DNA of 64,000 nt. It comes from Phoronis australis (Eukaryota; Animalia; Phoronida). The stretch lies in assembly GCA_002633005.1 (NCBI GenBank), contig NMRA01000093.1, forward strand, positions 47,762 to 111,761, written 5' to 3'. The position numbers were made by a program, and so were the translations under genes. Shown piece by piece: positions 25,536 through 38,519 of this stretch (its first letter is position 1; each line of letters opens with the position of its first letter). The notes under the pieces were generated by a model. The model made no database searches, was not told where the DNA came from, and saw only the letters and a program-made list of their open reading frames with translations.

Positions 25536-25621
25536 CTCGCTGGTTCCCTGCGTCCCACTAGGTGGGGCGGTAGCCGCGCCAGCACGTGCTGGCTGGGCTA
25601 AGCACGCAGGGAACCAGCGAG
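25536..25621. mobile_element. 86-bp micro-MITE with 18-bp TIRs and 10-bp TSD
   Basis: TIRs CTCGCTGGTTCCCTGCGT / ACGCAGGGAACCAGCGAG; flanking direct repeat GTATGCGTGT at 25526-25535 and 25622-25631. Confidence 0.75.
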
Positions 25622-26745
25622 GTATGCGTGTAAGCGTGCGTGTGCTTGTCCTCAGAGTTCATTTGCCAGAGTAAATGCGATGTAAAATCTAGGTGTGCAT
25701 TGTATCCAAAGAAATTAACTGAATTAAGCAGTCACGCAGAGCGTGTTTTATATTTAGCACTTGATGGCCTCACTCTGCTAAAAAAAGTTCGAGAATTGTT
25801 TCGCTATGACCGATATGTCACTCATTGAGTCGTCGGGTGAGTGGATGCGTGACCGAAGTGAGCTATTTTCCGGAAGATTCGGGGTGTAAGTGTGCGAATG
25901 TGTTCACTATTAGTGGGTCATTTTGACTTTATAAAAAAAAATTATGATTAGTTAAATAATTTCTCTTAAAAATAATGCAACAATTTTTACGGTATTAGAA
26001 ACTTTCGGAAATTTGTGCCAATATTAATTTGTTGCCGATGCTATGTTACCCGTTTCATGAATAGATAGTTCCCGACTAAATGTCTTCGATGACAGCGGTA
26101 CATTGTGCAGCGCGCGCTTCTTGGCCGCGTGCTAACACTGGTCGAGTTTTTTTATTAGTCTTGGATTCGCGGTTTTCACGTGTACAAAGAAGTTTGGATT
26201 CCTGTTGAGGCCGGAGAAGATTTGTACCGGCAAGATACAATGCAATCCCGCTGACAAGTACGCTGCGTCTCAGTGTTTTCAAAGTTCAGACCATAGTGGG
26301 GCACATCCCTCGCAAGAGCAGCAAAACCTTTGTGTTCTTTTTGAATCGTGGCGTAAGTTTGAAGTACATACGGACATAACGGTGAGGCTCGTGGTCTACA
26401 AATTCAGGACTGTCGGATCTTTCAGTTGATAAATTGGAGACGTTGGAACTGTAGGTAGGGCCTAAGGCATTTTTCGCATGTAGTTCATGGGCTGGGCGCT
26501 TACTTTAGCGAAGTCTGAAAACGCGTGGGGGCACTTATTGGGGCATGGGCACTTATTAGGGCGAATAGCGACAGAATTACATATAGCAGCGTAGTTTAAT
26601 GCACACAAATCACTCGTCGTACAAACCAATCGGCCATTCCACATACGTTAATCAATCCCAGTAGCCTTTGCGCACCCTAATTTCCGGACATGCGCAATCG
26701 TTAAAATGACTCGGTTACAACTCTGCTATTGTCTGAGGTGTGGGA

Positions 26746-26865
26746 TCACATGTGCCACGTCAGAGGCTGTCCAGCCTTTAGCTTTGCCGTATGCTTGTTT
26801 TCGTGAGTTATCTCCCATCTTGTCATCCACGGTCCTTGAACAGTGTCGTCAAAATCGTCATCAGT
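26746..26865 (-). CDS. PhyH-family dioxygenase, exon 9 (terminal)
   Basis: TTTTAG|TDDDFDDTVQGPWMTRWEITHENKHTAKLKAGQPLTWHM* ; phase 0 matches exon 8. Confidence 0.8.
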   Translation of the reverse strand, partial: TDDDFDDTVQGPWMTRWEITHENKHTAKLKAGQPLTWHM

Positions 26866-27082
26866 CTAAAACCGGTAAAAGATAAAACAAGATTTGATCA
26901 GAAATAAAATCATTAGAAAACGTTCAACTAATGCTCAGCAATAAAAGCTCTTTTCCAACGCAATACTGTACATAACAAATTCGTCCGTTTTCGGGTTTAC
27001 CAGCTCGTCGTTGAAAGATATTAAATGTGAAGTACATTTAAATAACGTTTTGTTGTATTTTGCATACAATAACAACACATAC

Positions 27083-27257
27083 CGGATGTTCTGGTAGTCC
27101 CGCGGTTTCACAAGACTTCCAGTCAATCATGTAGCCTGGGTCCTTGGACAAACGGAACGGAATCGAGTCCTTCAGGCCATGGAAACCGCATGGTTTATCT
27201 GGCGTCTGCCAACGAAAATCCATTGACCAGCGAATCCGTTTAGAAACGTTTGGAAGA
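27083..27257 (-). CDS. PhyH-family dioxygenase, exon 8
   Basis: CAG|SLPNVSKRIRWSMDFRWQTP...GLPEHP|GTATGT; contains the 2OG-binding Arg (S-x-x-N-x-S-x-x-x-R). Confidence 0.88.
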
Positions 27258-27977
27258 CTGTGGGAAACAGTTTCAATCTAATTAGGCCAGTCCTACGTCG
27301 ATAAACCGAAAAAAACTCAGACCATTAGCTTTTCGGGCAAAAAGAAGCTTTTTATTATTTCCATTGTTATTTTATCAGTTATGTTCGTTAGACCGCAGTG
27401 CCACAAAGGGTCTTTTGTCCGAAAGGCCGACAGCCCGAAATATGTTAGTACATTCTTTGAATTTTGAGAAACACTCTTGATCCTGGCTGCGTTGCGTGGA
27501 GAGAGCCTATTCCCCATCCTGTGTGTAAACCATTCATGTATTGTGGCAATGGGAACCATGCTCACAGACGATCTCCCCAGACTGTACAACAACCACGAAT
27601 TCATTTGATTGTTTTGTTTAAGAAGCTAAACATCGTTTACATCAAAACACGTCGATATGCTTACGTAAAACAATGACTGTGTTATAAATTCAAGAGCACC
27701 CTCACTTGTTTTGCTTGCCAACAGACTTCCTTTTCACTAGCTTGTGCTAGGAGAGCATGACATCAGTTTTCAACAGAGAAAAAATGAAAACATAGGCAAA
27801 GAGAGCATCGCAGGTCAAAGCCCCGAGTTGTCCCCCTATTTCCCAAAATAGCGTCCTCCTGTGCAATTTTGGACAAAATTTTGTCAGTCTTACTTCAATA
27901 CATAGTGTGTCTACAGTGATATCTTACACGTATCTATGAGGCGTAGTGTTGAACTAAAGTATTGTAAGTATCATTAC

Positions 27978-28062
27978 CTCCTGTGTACCACCAAATTATT
28001 GAGCAGAATCATCGAGCCGTAGGGAACCGGTACCACAACTCTGTCGCGTTGGACGTTGACAT
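27978..28062 (-). CDS. PhyH-family dioxygenase, exon 7
   Basis: CAG|DVNVQRDRVVVPVPYGSMILLNNLVVHR|GTAATG; distal iron-binding His. Confidence 0.9.
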
Positions 28063-28422
28063 CTGAAAGGAATGACGAGCAGGTTGTTGCTTGGATCCCA
28101 AACGCACAGGTATTTCCGATGAAACGTTTAAAAGCCCAAAAATTGGAAAAGTTGCTTGTGACTTTGCACTGAAACATTTCCAATTTACAGGTATGTTTTC
28201 TTCTAAACATCGTCCAAAACAATTTCTAGCACACAAACAGACCCACAACGTCAAAACAACGAAACAAAGTCCGGCGAAAATGAAAGGCAAGGGAAGTATG
28301 AAGCAAAGTCGAATATGATTTATTGTAATTCTTTCAAGGAAAAGCTTTGTTTTTTCTGTAACCCCACCGATTCGTCGATCTAAAGGCCTTTCGAGATCTT
28401 ATTATAACTTTGAAATTCATAC

Positions 28423-28528
28423 CAAGAGTTGCTTCGATATCGGCCTCATCCATCATAACGTAATGTGTGGTTGCCCAACATGCGGTATGGCGACCAACTC
28501 GGCCTGTGCGGTGTGATCCTGTTATAAA
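28423..28528 (-). CDS. PhyH-family dioxygenase, exon 6
   Basis: CAG|FITGSHRTGRVGRHTACWATTHYVMMDEADIEATL|GTATGA; GSH motif. Confidence 0.9.
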
Positions 28529-28782
28529 CTGCAATTGTACAAAGTGAGAAAGGCGTGGTTACAAAGGGTCTGATTGACAAGTCTGCACATTTAGCCAAAT
28601 ATCAAAAAGAATCAAAGAATACATTTTCTGACCATACAAAGCCTGACGAATTTAATTTAGATGGAGAGGTTGACTAGAAGTTGGGATTGATTTACGCTTA
28701 CGTTGATTTCAAAACTTTAACTGAATATTGAGATCGCCCAGACCTGGAGGCAACAGAACACACATCATCTGTCCTTTCGTAC

Positions 28783-28877
28783 CTCCATACAGCCGGTTTC
28801 TTCAGTTGCGTCCACCAGCGGTATCCACGCAGCAGGCTGTAAAACTTTGTAGGAATCGTTGTCCAGGTACCCGACAT
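28783..28877 (-). CDS. PhyH-family dioxygenase, exon 5
   Basis: TAG|DVGYLDNDSYKVLQPAAWIPLVDATEETGCME|GT; completes WHQD and the PhyH W-I-P-L-x-D...G-C motif. Confidence 0.9.
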
Positions 28878-30493
28878 CTACACAAAATGGGGCAAACACA
28901 TAACTTGGAATGAGTGGAATCAATACAGTTAGGCCTGTCTCTCACGGCTAGGAGCGACGGCGAACTCTAGCAAAGACCTGTGTCAGTGACCACCAAACTT
29001 TACTCGAGACTCGACGAATTGTTTTTCCAATTTCACACGTTGTGGCTGTTCTTTTGTTTAGTCGAGTCTCGAGTATTGGTAGTCACGTGCTCTAAGCTAC
29101 GTTCCGTAGACCCGACACGTTAGCGACGCACTTGCGGCAAGACGTCTTCGTTTATGGAACGGCAGGGAATTATATCTCATAACTTTTTATGAATTAATTC
29201 ATCATTCCAGCCTGAACGACCAATCACTTCCGTCAATGGTCGCCAATTAAGGTCAAACTACACAAGTTATGTTTCGAGAAAAACACTTGTTTTCACTTGC
29301 GTGATTTTCCTTATCCTTTTGTGATCTCTCTATTCCCGCAAAAACTTGGTCGGTCTGCGGTACGCTACCCTGATGTTTGTTTCTATCACTATCTAGTAAG
29401 CTGTAGTTTGTACACCTACAGCACAAACTACAACAAGACGACGCGGAGGGCTACCTCACGTCAGCCTGCACGTCATTACAAACTCGACAGTCGAATCCGG
29501 GTCCCAGTAGTGACACTAGGGGTTGGTTTCTCGAACAGATTTTACGTTCATTTAAAAATCAATCTGAGTTTGTTTCTGACAAAATCAGGCTAAGGCAAAA
29601 GTCAGGCGATCTGTCCACAACTTAAGACCAAATATAGGAATCCGTAGTCTGTTCGAGAGCAGACTAAAAGCCGAAGCCCAAAATAGGGAAAAAATGGGTA
29701 TAGGTCACTTGCTCATGTCTTAAAACGACGTTATCGGGGTGTCGAAACATGCATTGTTAGGATTATTGGTGGACAGGATAGGCTTCTTAAGTTGTTGACT
29801 TATAGCAGAGTTAAAAATAGAGATTTAATTGCAAATCGCCGATTCTCGACGTTGCCTTGCAGAGATTCGCTGACTGTGATGTACGCCCAAGGTACGACAT
29901 CCGTGCCACCTGTATTGTTATATCCAACACAGATGTAACAAAGGATAACAATCAATACATCCGATAGGTGATAACCATACGACTAGCTTACGCCCGTCGC
30001 ATGGTCGTCGCAAGATAAACAATACCTTGCGACCTGCATACTTCATCATTCGGCATGGATTTAAATACCCCAAAAATACTCTGTCATTTGTCGAGTGGTA
30101 CAACTGTATTTAGCTCCGCTATATAGCGAAACATTGGACTGCGGCTGAAGGTTGCATGTCCCATTTCGCGCTGATCGAGGTTGATCTCGATAAATCATCG
30201 GTAACATTCGTCTTTAAACGAACCATTAAATCACAGAGGCCAGTTGTGAATCATACACACTACAATTCGTTATTTATGACATTCACTGGTACATGTAGAC
30301 TACGCATCGCCCAAAATTCAATTAATAACAATTTGTAGCAGTCAAAACTCATGAACATATATACATGGAAGTTCATAGGCACATAATGTCGGAATGAATG
30401 CGAAGGAAGACTCACGCGCATGCTTTCACGCAGGGCTATCCATTCTCAGATAGTACCAATGCATACATCACTTAACATTATGATACGCCTTAC

Positions 30494-30635
30494 CTTGGTG
30501 CCAAGGAACAACAGCGGCCTCAAGTTGTGGTGTCTTAGTTCTCAGATTCCATACCGGGTGTCCAGCGATGTCTGGACCAATCAGTTGCTCGACTGCATTC
30601 AGTAATCGGGCGTTTGTCCACAAGTCACGCATGGC
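30494..30635 (-). CDS. PhyH-family dioxygenase, exon 4
   Basis: CAG|AMRDLWTNARLLNAVEQLIGPDIAGHPVWNLRTKTP..VVPWHQ|GTAAGG; carries the His of the HxD iron motif. Confidence 0.9.
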
Positions 30636-33223
30636 CTGTAAACCGAAAACATAACAAATGATTTAGGTTATCTTACTTTTACTGCACCAATATTTAAGCC
30701 GATGTAAATGCGTCTATAATGTTGCAGTTAATTGGTTCTAACATAAAATAAAACTCACATTTGTCTGACTTGCGTGCCAAACAAAAGCCGATTCGTATTC
30801 ATGGTCAAAACACTGAATCCTGAAAGCGATCGCTGATTGGCTGATGTGTCAGTTACGTGAATGGTGGGGTATCGACTGCTTTACACATTCATTGCTTATG
30901 TCATGTTTTGAAGAGTTTACATCGTAATTTATCATTATATCAATCGTCCTTATTTTTTATTGTTTGCCACAGTGCTGTAAAAGGTTCGCTATGCCTTTTT
31001 GTATGGCATCTGGTTGCTCAAACTCTTCGAAAAAGGCGTCTTCTAAAGGGATGGTCATCGCATACCATCGCCGAGTTACCCAAGCCTTGGCCCAAAGCTG
31101 TATACTAAATATAGGCCTAGAGGTTTGAGCCGATATGGGTAAAAATGGACAAATGAAATCTGACTCAAAATTAATGCCATTAAAACTAATTTCATCCTTG
31201 AGTAAACCTAGGAACCAGGTTGCTAGAGTAAACTAACTTCACTCAGTATTTACCGATGTTGGGAAAGTTAGCGACCGTTCATCGGCTGCTGCTAAAATTG
31301 TGATGTGTTCTCTTGAGTCGGATTTTTGCGATTACGTCACCTGACCTATACCAGTTTCTTTTCCCTCCGATTTTTTATTAAGTGTTCGTCGCTGCCGGTA
31401 CCTAGGTTGCATACATGTTACAACAAACTATCGGAAATTGTTTCATTTTGTTACAAGTTTTTAGTATTTTTATACCAGCAAACCGAATTTCAGAACAATC
31501 TTGGTGCTGCGAAGCTGTCATAATGTCCCGAAAGACGTCTCGAATTTTAGGAAATAGCGCGTGCGCCGTGTCTCGAGCGTGCTGTTACAAATGGCGGCAA
31601 ATTATGCTACCAGATGACGTTTAGTTGATTGTTTTCCACTTAAACGACTGCAACGAACAATGTGAGTGTCGGGTGACTACCAGATTTTGCATGCGCCCCC
31701 GCCGGTCCGTTTGCTTTATATGTTGATGTAGCCTAAGTTTTACGACGAGGTGACGAGCATAAGTCAAAGTCAATTATACCCGGGTAGTCAACGGCTGTCT
31801 GAAATTTCGAGGCTAACGGAGCTCAACACACAGTGGTACGATAGTCTTCATGCAGCTATAGTCGGTAACTTACCAACCCTTCAAGTTTACAGAGCTGAGT
31901 ATTGGCTGGCTGACTGGCTGACTAGAGTCCACATTGCCCACGGCACAATCACACCAGTGTAAGGACTGGTTGCACCGGCAAATTTTCATCTGACGACGAC
32001 AGTGACTGGATATCACTTTGTGTTGCCTCGGCTCAAACAGGTATCCCTGGTGACCCGACATTTCACACTAAAATTTCTTATTCCGACAATATGAAAAACG
32101 CAACTTGACTGCACGCTAACACAGGACAGTGACTTTGCCCCTGCCAAATACGTCACGAGAAGCAGCGCTCCAAGTCGGTAATTTTTTTGAGCTTCGTTAG
32201 AGAATAAACGTTTACTTTTTGTTGTTGAATTATTTGTGAAATTAATCAACAATTCACAGAAAACTATCCAGAATTTGTTCAGAATAAAATACAGTTCCTT
32301 TTAAACCAACACGGTGGTTTGTTGCAGCGGGTCATTTCAAGCAAGGAACATAGTCTCACGCAAAAGCGAACTGTCAGTTTATCGGAGCCCAGAAACTATG
32401 TAACCGTTATTCCTTGTGTCAACTCTCACGATTCTTTTTAGGCAACAAACTGTCGTATAACCAGCACACATACGAACACGCACGCACGCGCGCGCGCGCG
32501 CACACACACACGCACACACATTTGATTTCTGACGTGAACCAGCCAAATTGATACGGTTTTACAAGCGACATTGACAACGATGAAAAATTGAACTGCGTCC
32601 GATGGCATTACAAGCCGTCTTAGCCAGTGGCCAGGCTAAACGGGCGGAATGAATCAAGAACAGCCACGATGTTCAGTACGAATGTTAATCTTTCAGGAAG
32701 AAATGCACGTTCTGTGGCTTACGAAGCAACAACGTATTTGTGGAAACTGCTTAAGCTACGATTTCCTACTGCCAAACACAAGCACCAGCCTACAACTAAG
32801 ACAAACGGCGAGAGTATCAAGGCACCATTTTTTGGGATTCTCGTATTCTAGAGTTTCTTTTAAAAATCTCTATTTTCATGTTCAGCCATCAAACCTAGAT
32901 ATACATTGTAAGAGAAGATTGGGATTGTGTCTCCAAACAGCTGTTAGCATGTAGTTATACTGAAATAGGCGGCAAAACCAGTTCTGTTTCATGTAACACA
33001 CGAAAGCCGTTAAACCTATTTTAATTCACACACATCAAGTTCAAAGTTTCAAAAGGCCAAAGCAATGGAAATAGAATCTTCCCTGCTGCCGGTACTACAC
33101 AGCGTAAGCGGCAGACACACGTGTTACCTTATGTCTATAAATGAACAGTGTTTACAGATCCAAATTGTACAAGTCAAAATAAAGCCCTGTCTTTATGACA
33201 GGTAGCTCAAGTATGTAATGGTA

Positions 33224-33482
33224 CATGCGCGCACCCCGTCTAAAATGGGGGGGGGGGGGGGCTCGAAGTTTTGAGAATGTGGACCTTTTACTACGATTCA
33301 AGGGGAACATTCAAAGCTATGATATATGCATTTTGGTAGTTCCTGCCTTTTTAGTGAACTTTTGTCTCGTTTTCTACTTTTTCGGAGGTTTTGTTTCTCG
33401 GAGGCGTACCTTTTTGCCCACTTCTCCAAATTGGGGGGAGGGGGTCGTTCGAGCCCCCAAGTCCCCATTAGGTGCTCGCATG
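33224..33482. mobile_element. hAT-like MITE
   Basis: TIRs CATGCGCGCACC / GGTGCTCGCATG with G-rich and C-rich subterminal tracts; flanks TGGTA / TGGTG. Confidence 0.6.
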
Positions 33483-33772
33483 TGGTGCATAAAGAAATAA
33501 TATTTTGCAGGAAATGTTCTGCTATACTTAAACTAGACACGATGAGCTTGAGATGACTTTATTGAGTACATTGCTTAACAGAAACTGCTATTTCCCTTAC
33601 GTCAGAAGACGTCGGTTTTTAAAGTTGTGGCTGATTTTGAAATAAAGTTGTTGATTTGTAAGAGGATAATTTTAAGTACTGTACTTAGATGTAGGCACCT
33701 ATGTGAACAAAAGATATTGGCAGTGCTTCTTAACGCATAAAAAACATCTGTCACGGAGCATCATCTACTCAC

Positions 33773-33873
33773 CTGCTTGAGAACTCCATTCTTGTGCAAT
33801 AGAAAGGCAGCTCCGGGAAAGGCGTTATTGATGTGTGTTAGACGTTCCTCAAATCCGTATTCGTTGAATATTT
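33773..33873 (-). CDS. PhyH-family dioxygenase, exon 3
   Basis: TAG|KIFNEYGFEERLTHINNAFPGAAFLLHKNGVLKQ|GTGAGT, phases 1/0. Confidence 0.85.
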
Positions 33874-34693
33874 CTATCAAAAAAAGCCAAACCTTATCAC
33901 ATTAGATTTTGAAATTATTCAACTTTCTTGTCCTCGCACTGACTTAAGAGGGACATAGTAGGTGCACGTAGGCGCAGCCAATCACATTTGTCATCTGAAC
34001 GTAGCGCCTACGCGCGGTAAGTTACGTTCAGTGCTCAAGGTAATACGGTTGGCTTTTGGGCGCCTATTTACCTCTAATTTTACCATTACAGCACTGAGCA
34101 AAAGGTAAGAAACAATGTCACTTTTCGAACTTAGTCCTAACAGTTTAGCAACTGGATACGATTTATTTACAAAAGCTGTCTGTGCGTCCCATTTCTTGGA
34201 CTGGATATTTGCTGAACAATTGCTAACTTCCCTGTGCTTCTTCCCAAAACCGTTATTACGTAACCATTCCTGAACAAACTCTACAAATACGCCACAAACC
34301 GTTGTACAAACAGCTACTGGAGTTTTGATGGGATGGTTTTTGACCACAAGCATAAACATTTCCTTGTGACCCCGATTGCAGCTTGACCACACAATGTTGC
34401 GCGTGCACAAAGTCAACAGTGTTATGAATAAGTGTTTCCGTAAACACAGAAACAAAACATAGGGATTGTTTACGTTTCACAAATTTACCAAACAAAACCC
34501 CGAATTTTTATGTTTGGTCGTATGGAGTTACATGTTCCGTGATAGGTAAAGTGGGGTAAAAACATAAAAATACTGACGCTAAATAGACTGGACGCGATTG
34601 ATGACACGAAGTGTCACATCTATGTTTTTGAAGCCGTTGTTACTTGTAATATACACAAGAAGGACAGAGGACAAGAAGTTTTATACTACATAC

Positions 34694-34811
34694 TGGATAT
34701 TTTTCCGTTCTTGTGTAACCATTTTGCGAATTCATCAACCACTTCATCGATAGACGCTTTCACCGCGTCAAGTTCCTCCGGTTTGAAGTAGTCCGGAACA
34801 AAAACAAAGCC
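34694..34811 (-). CDS. PhyH-family dioxygenase, exon 2
   Basis: CAG|GFVFVPDYFKPEELDAVKASIDEVVDEFAKWLHKNGKIS|GTATGT, phases 0/1. Confidence 0.85.
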
Positions 34812-35094
34812 CTGCAAGGAGAAAATGGGATCGCTATATTCGCACCTCGTCTATGAAGATCCTTTGACGTTTTTCTTTAAAAAGTATAAAGCACTTATAC
34901 ATTATATTAGCACAAACTATAGGTAATGGGGGAAGAAGCTAATCATATTTTTACAAAACATGTTTTGTTGCTCATTATGCTAAAGGAGATCAGCAGGCAA
35001 GTTACAACATTGCACAAGGTAAGTACTTGATAAACATCCTTTCTCATAACAAGGTTCTTTTACTGAACACCAAACAATAAAATTTAGCGTTTAC

Positions 35095-35232
35095 CTTTTC
35101 AAAGAAGTCTTTCACTTGGTCAGGCGTCAGTTGACCAGGCCGCGTCACTTCCGGTTGCGGTGGTGGAACCGTAAACACCTCCGGATACGCCTCGTCAGTT
35201 TCAGCGGGATAACGAGTCTTTGATCCTGTCAT
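35095..35232 (-). CDS. PhyH-family (phytanoyl-CoA dioxygenase domain) 2OG/Fe(II) dioxygenase, exon 1 of 9
   Basis: ATG at 35232; MTGSKTRYP...PGQLTPDQVKDFFEK; GT donor, phase 0. The nine exons sum to 1080 nt (359 aa + stop) with all phases consistent. Confidence 0.85.
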
Positions 35233-37235
35233 ACAATATCAAGTTCCAGACAAATTACCATAGGGCCAACATAAGTGCAGACTCGTGTAGTCACCGCATC
35301 GCCATTCCATCTATATTCCAAGATGAAGAAAGGGTACTTTTTGATGAATTTACCTAGGAAGCCGTTCACTATTGGGGTTCATTTTAAATGACAATTTTAT
35401 TGTTTTATTGAGCTTTTATTCTTTTTTCAAAAGAATACACTCCAGAGGGCTGTCTAATTTAAAATCAACAAGTCCCCTAAAACGGTTGTGCAGTGGGAAA
35501 TGGTGACTTTTCATAGAAGCTTCCAGTACTGAAGGGGACTTAGTTTTAACATGCTAGTACTCTAATATGATATTTTCTTTTCGTCGACTCATACATCGGG
35601 TGGGTAGCTTAATTTTTGCGATCCAAACCCCATCGGAATATAGTCGATATCCCCCAAGTAGGCACATGTACTGTACTTGAACTATTGCAAAATTTGACAT
35701 TGGACCTCTGACTGATATATGTACTAATTTCACCCGACATTAATGTTCAAGGGTATTTTGTTGCTGCCAAGAGTCCGATACGTAATCTATCTAGGCTATC
35801 TATAGTAACATTAAGGCCGTACGTCTAACCATTCGTAACTCGGGGCACATGCCCTCAACCTTGTACCTTCACGAAACAGTTTTGAAATCAAAACTTTTAT
35901 TTGGTGCATAATTAATAGCCAAATAATCGTCCGTTGACCAAACCAGCAGACCATTCGTCTAAAATGAATCGAGGACTGGTGGATGCAAGCCAGGTTTTTA
36001 AAGGTCGCTAATTCCGCTAAAAGTGTAACCAAATTATCACGAATCATAGTCCAGCTGAAAGTGCGCCCCGGTATGCTCACTAACGATCGCAAGTGTGGAT
36101 CAGACAGTGGTGTTTGCTTCACCTTTTGGTATTGGAGTCTATTCACAATTTTCGTCTGACAACGTATTTTTCCTACAATATTGCGAGCGTTAAAATACTA
36201 ACAAAAAGTTTGTTTTATTCCCGTCCGCAAACTGCTTTTAATTGCACTGCTCGGTCTCATTTTTCGAAGGTCCAAGGTGAAATGTCTTTTATAACGTTAG
36301 AAACTGTAATGAAAAATCCACTCATCTCTCAGTGCTTACTTAATTAGCCAAAATTGAATTCTGTCGTCTTGCACTCGCAAGCCGCCCACACGATTATAAA
36401 CTATTGCGTGAGTTCCTCACCCTACTCTCACTGCTCCGAGTTGAGTACGTAGGTAGGTAGATCAAATGTTTCATTTTCGCTTTTCATTGTAGACGCACTC
36501 ATGTTCGTTATAGGAAATAGTCTATAACGTATTTGAATCTTTTTACAGATGTCAAATGAATCATTTTGAGTCGGTCACATATGTGATTGCTTGTCGCCGT
36601 GGGGGAAACAAACTTTAATTTTGATTTACGTCATAGTAGTTTCGTTTACGGAATATGATTTGATACGAAACAAATTTTTCATTTTTGTCGTTTAAACTTG
36701 CAGCCAATAAGTTGGCCAGAAAACAAAATTTCTTTAACGTTTGAAACAAATGTTATGGATCAAACTGATAATTCTTTGCACCTTGAGCCCCGGTAATGCT
36801 TAACAAACCCCTGTTAATCACCAGTCACCCCATGCTGTCATTAGCTTGTCGGTAAAACCCGATCGTTTCAAAGTTTGCATCTCATCGCTACACAAATCTT
36901 ATCCTGAGGATATGTTGCAACACAAAGCAGTACATGTACTTAAATTTTCGGCAGGCGGTCAATTATTTGCTTGAACATTTTCAACCTTTGCTTTAAAGCG
37001 TTATTCCGCTGATCTACCCATTCCGTTCGCCAGGGTTCATTCTGAAATTCTACTTTATCCTTCGCCTCAACTGGTACGGAGTTTTAATTTCACACCGCAC
37101 GAACAAACACACACACACATGCACGCACGCACACAGGCATGCACAAACACATACACACACATACACAAAGTTGTGTCGATTCGTACGTGGGGGCACGTAC
37201 GAATCGACCAAACTTAGTGCAAGCAATAAACTCAC

Positions 37236-37560
37236 CGGAACCCTTCATATCGCAGCGTAAGAAACCCCTGATCGTTTGCGCTGTGATAAAGTTCACCGAC
37301 AACGTAAAGAAAATGGTAAGGGTCGGAAGATAAGAGTAATAATCGATGAATTGCCGTTGACCCTGGGGTTGACGTACAGCCGCGAATTGCGGCTTCATTG
37401 TCGCTTTGCGGTGAATAGCCAGGCATGTATTCGGCGTCAAACAAAAGCAGATTACTTGCGTTCATAGCGCGGTGAATTGGTTCTGTAGCGTTATTGCACA
37501 TGTCTCCACTACATTTCGTCAAGGACACTTTTGCTTGGACTGGAGTAGAGTGACTTCCGT
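37236..37560 (-). CDS. candidate orphan exon, unknown protein (partial second copy at 39772-39974)
   Basis: CTACTAG acceptor and GTGAGT donor bracket a stop-free 325-nt frame (..KCSGDMCNNATEP..IRGCTSTPGSTAIHRLLLLSSD..LTLRYEGF); no partner exons found. Confidence 0.35.
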
Positions 37561-38519
37561 CTAGTAGAGGTCTAAGGTCATGGTTCAGGCCTTTGTAGCT
37601 CTGTAAAAATTAAGAAAAGGAGGTGGCTCCGTTTTGACGCCAGTTTTGTGGGCTAAATGGGAAGTTTCTTGATTTTTTTAGTAACCTGAGTCCAGAAATT
37701 TGGCCACTGCTCTTGTCTACCGAGATACGGAAGTGTCAGAACACAATCTTGTTCAGTGTTGAATGTTTGGCGCGAATCCGGGAGTGCCATGGGTACAAAA
37801 GGCAAAATAAGTCAAATGCCTCAAGGGAGATCCTGAACCTAACCTCGTCGACCGTTGGAGAGTGTACAATCTGGACAAAAAGTCTTTACCTGGATGCGGA
37901 AGAATTCAGTATAAAGGGCCCAATTACACTAATCTCTGAAGAACTGCTTTAACACTTCCTTTCTCAGAGACAGAGAATACGTCAATAAAATTAAAAAAGT
38001 AATTGAGAACACAGTAAAGGACTGTACGCTCTCGGCCAATTTGAATTCCCCGACATAGACGAATGTCTTCTCCTAGTAGTTACTGTCACAAAACGAAACA
38101 ACCAAAAAGAGATTGAATCTCTCATCTGTTTCACTACCTTCCAAAACCAAAGCACCCATTCCGCTGAACTGAACAGTGGATTGTCTGGTCTGTATCATGC
38201 GCTCGAATCAATTAGATCTGAAGAAATGAGGAATGAAAGGGGTGATGGTCAGTGAATCTGAAACTAGCTCATTTGATTCGGAACTATCAGAAGGGGGGTG
38301 CTTACTTCATTGAAGCCCATGAAAAAAAAAATAAAATTCCGGGTCCGGACGGTTTCACCACGGAATTTTTATTTGTTTGGAATGACCTAGAGAAGTATCT
38401 CATTAAAGCATACAATCATACTTTCAGAAGAGGCTTTCTTGCAAAATAAAAACCCGAGAGGGCTATTACCATCATACCCAAAAGCGAACAAACTGAGGAA
38501 TAGCATAAAGAATTGAAGG

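Noticed and set aside
35811-36146. 111-aa ORF as next exon after the orphan exon
   Set aside because: Ends in a TIR-like TTAAGGCCGTACGTC sequence and has no recognisable motifs; more likely TE sequence.
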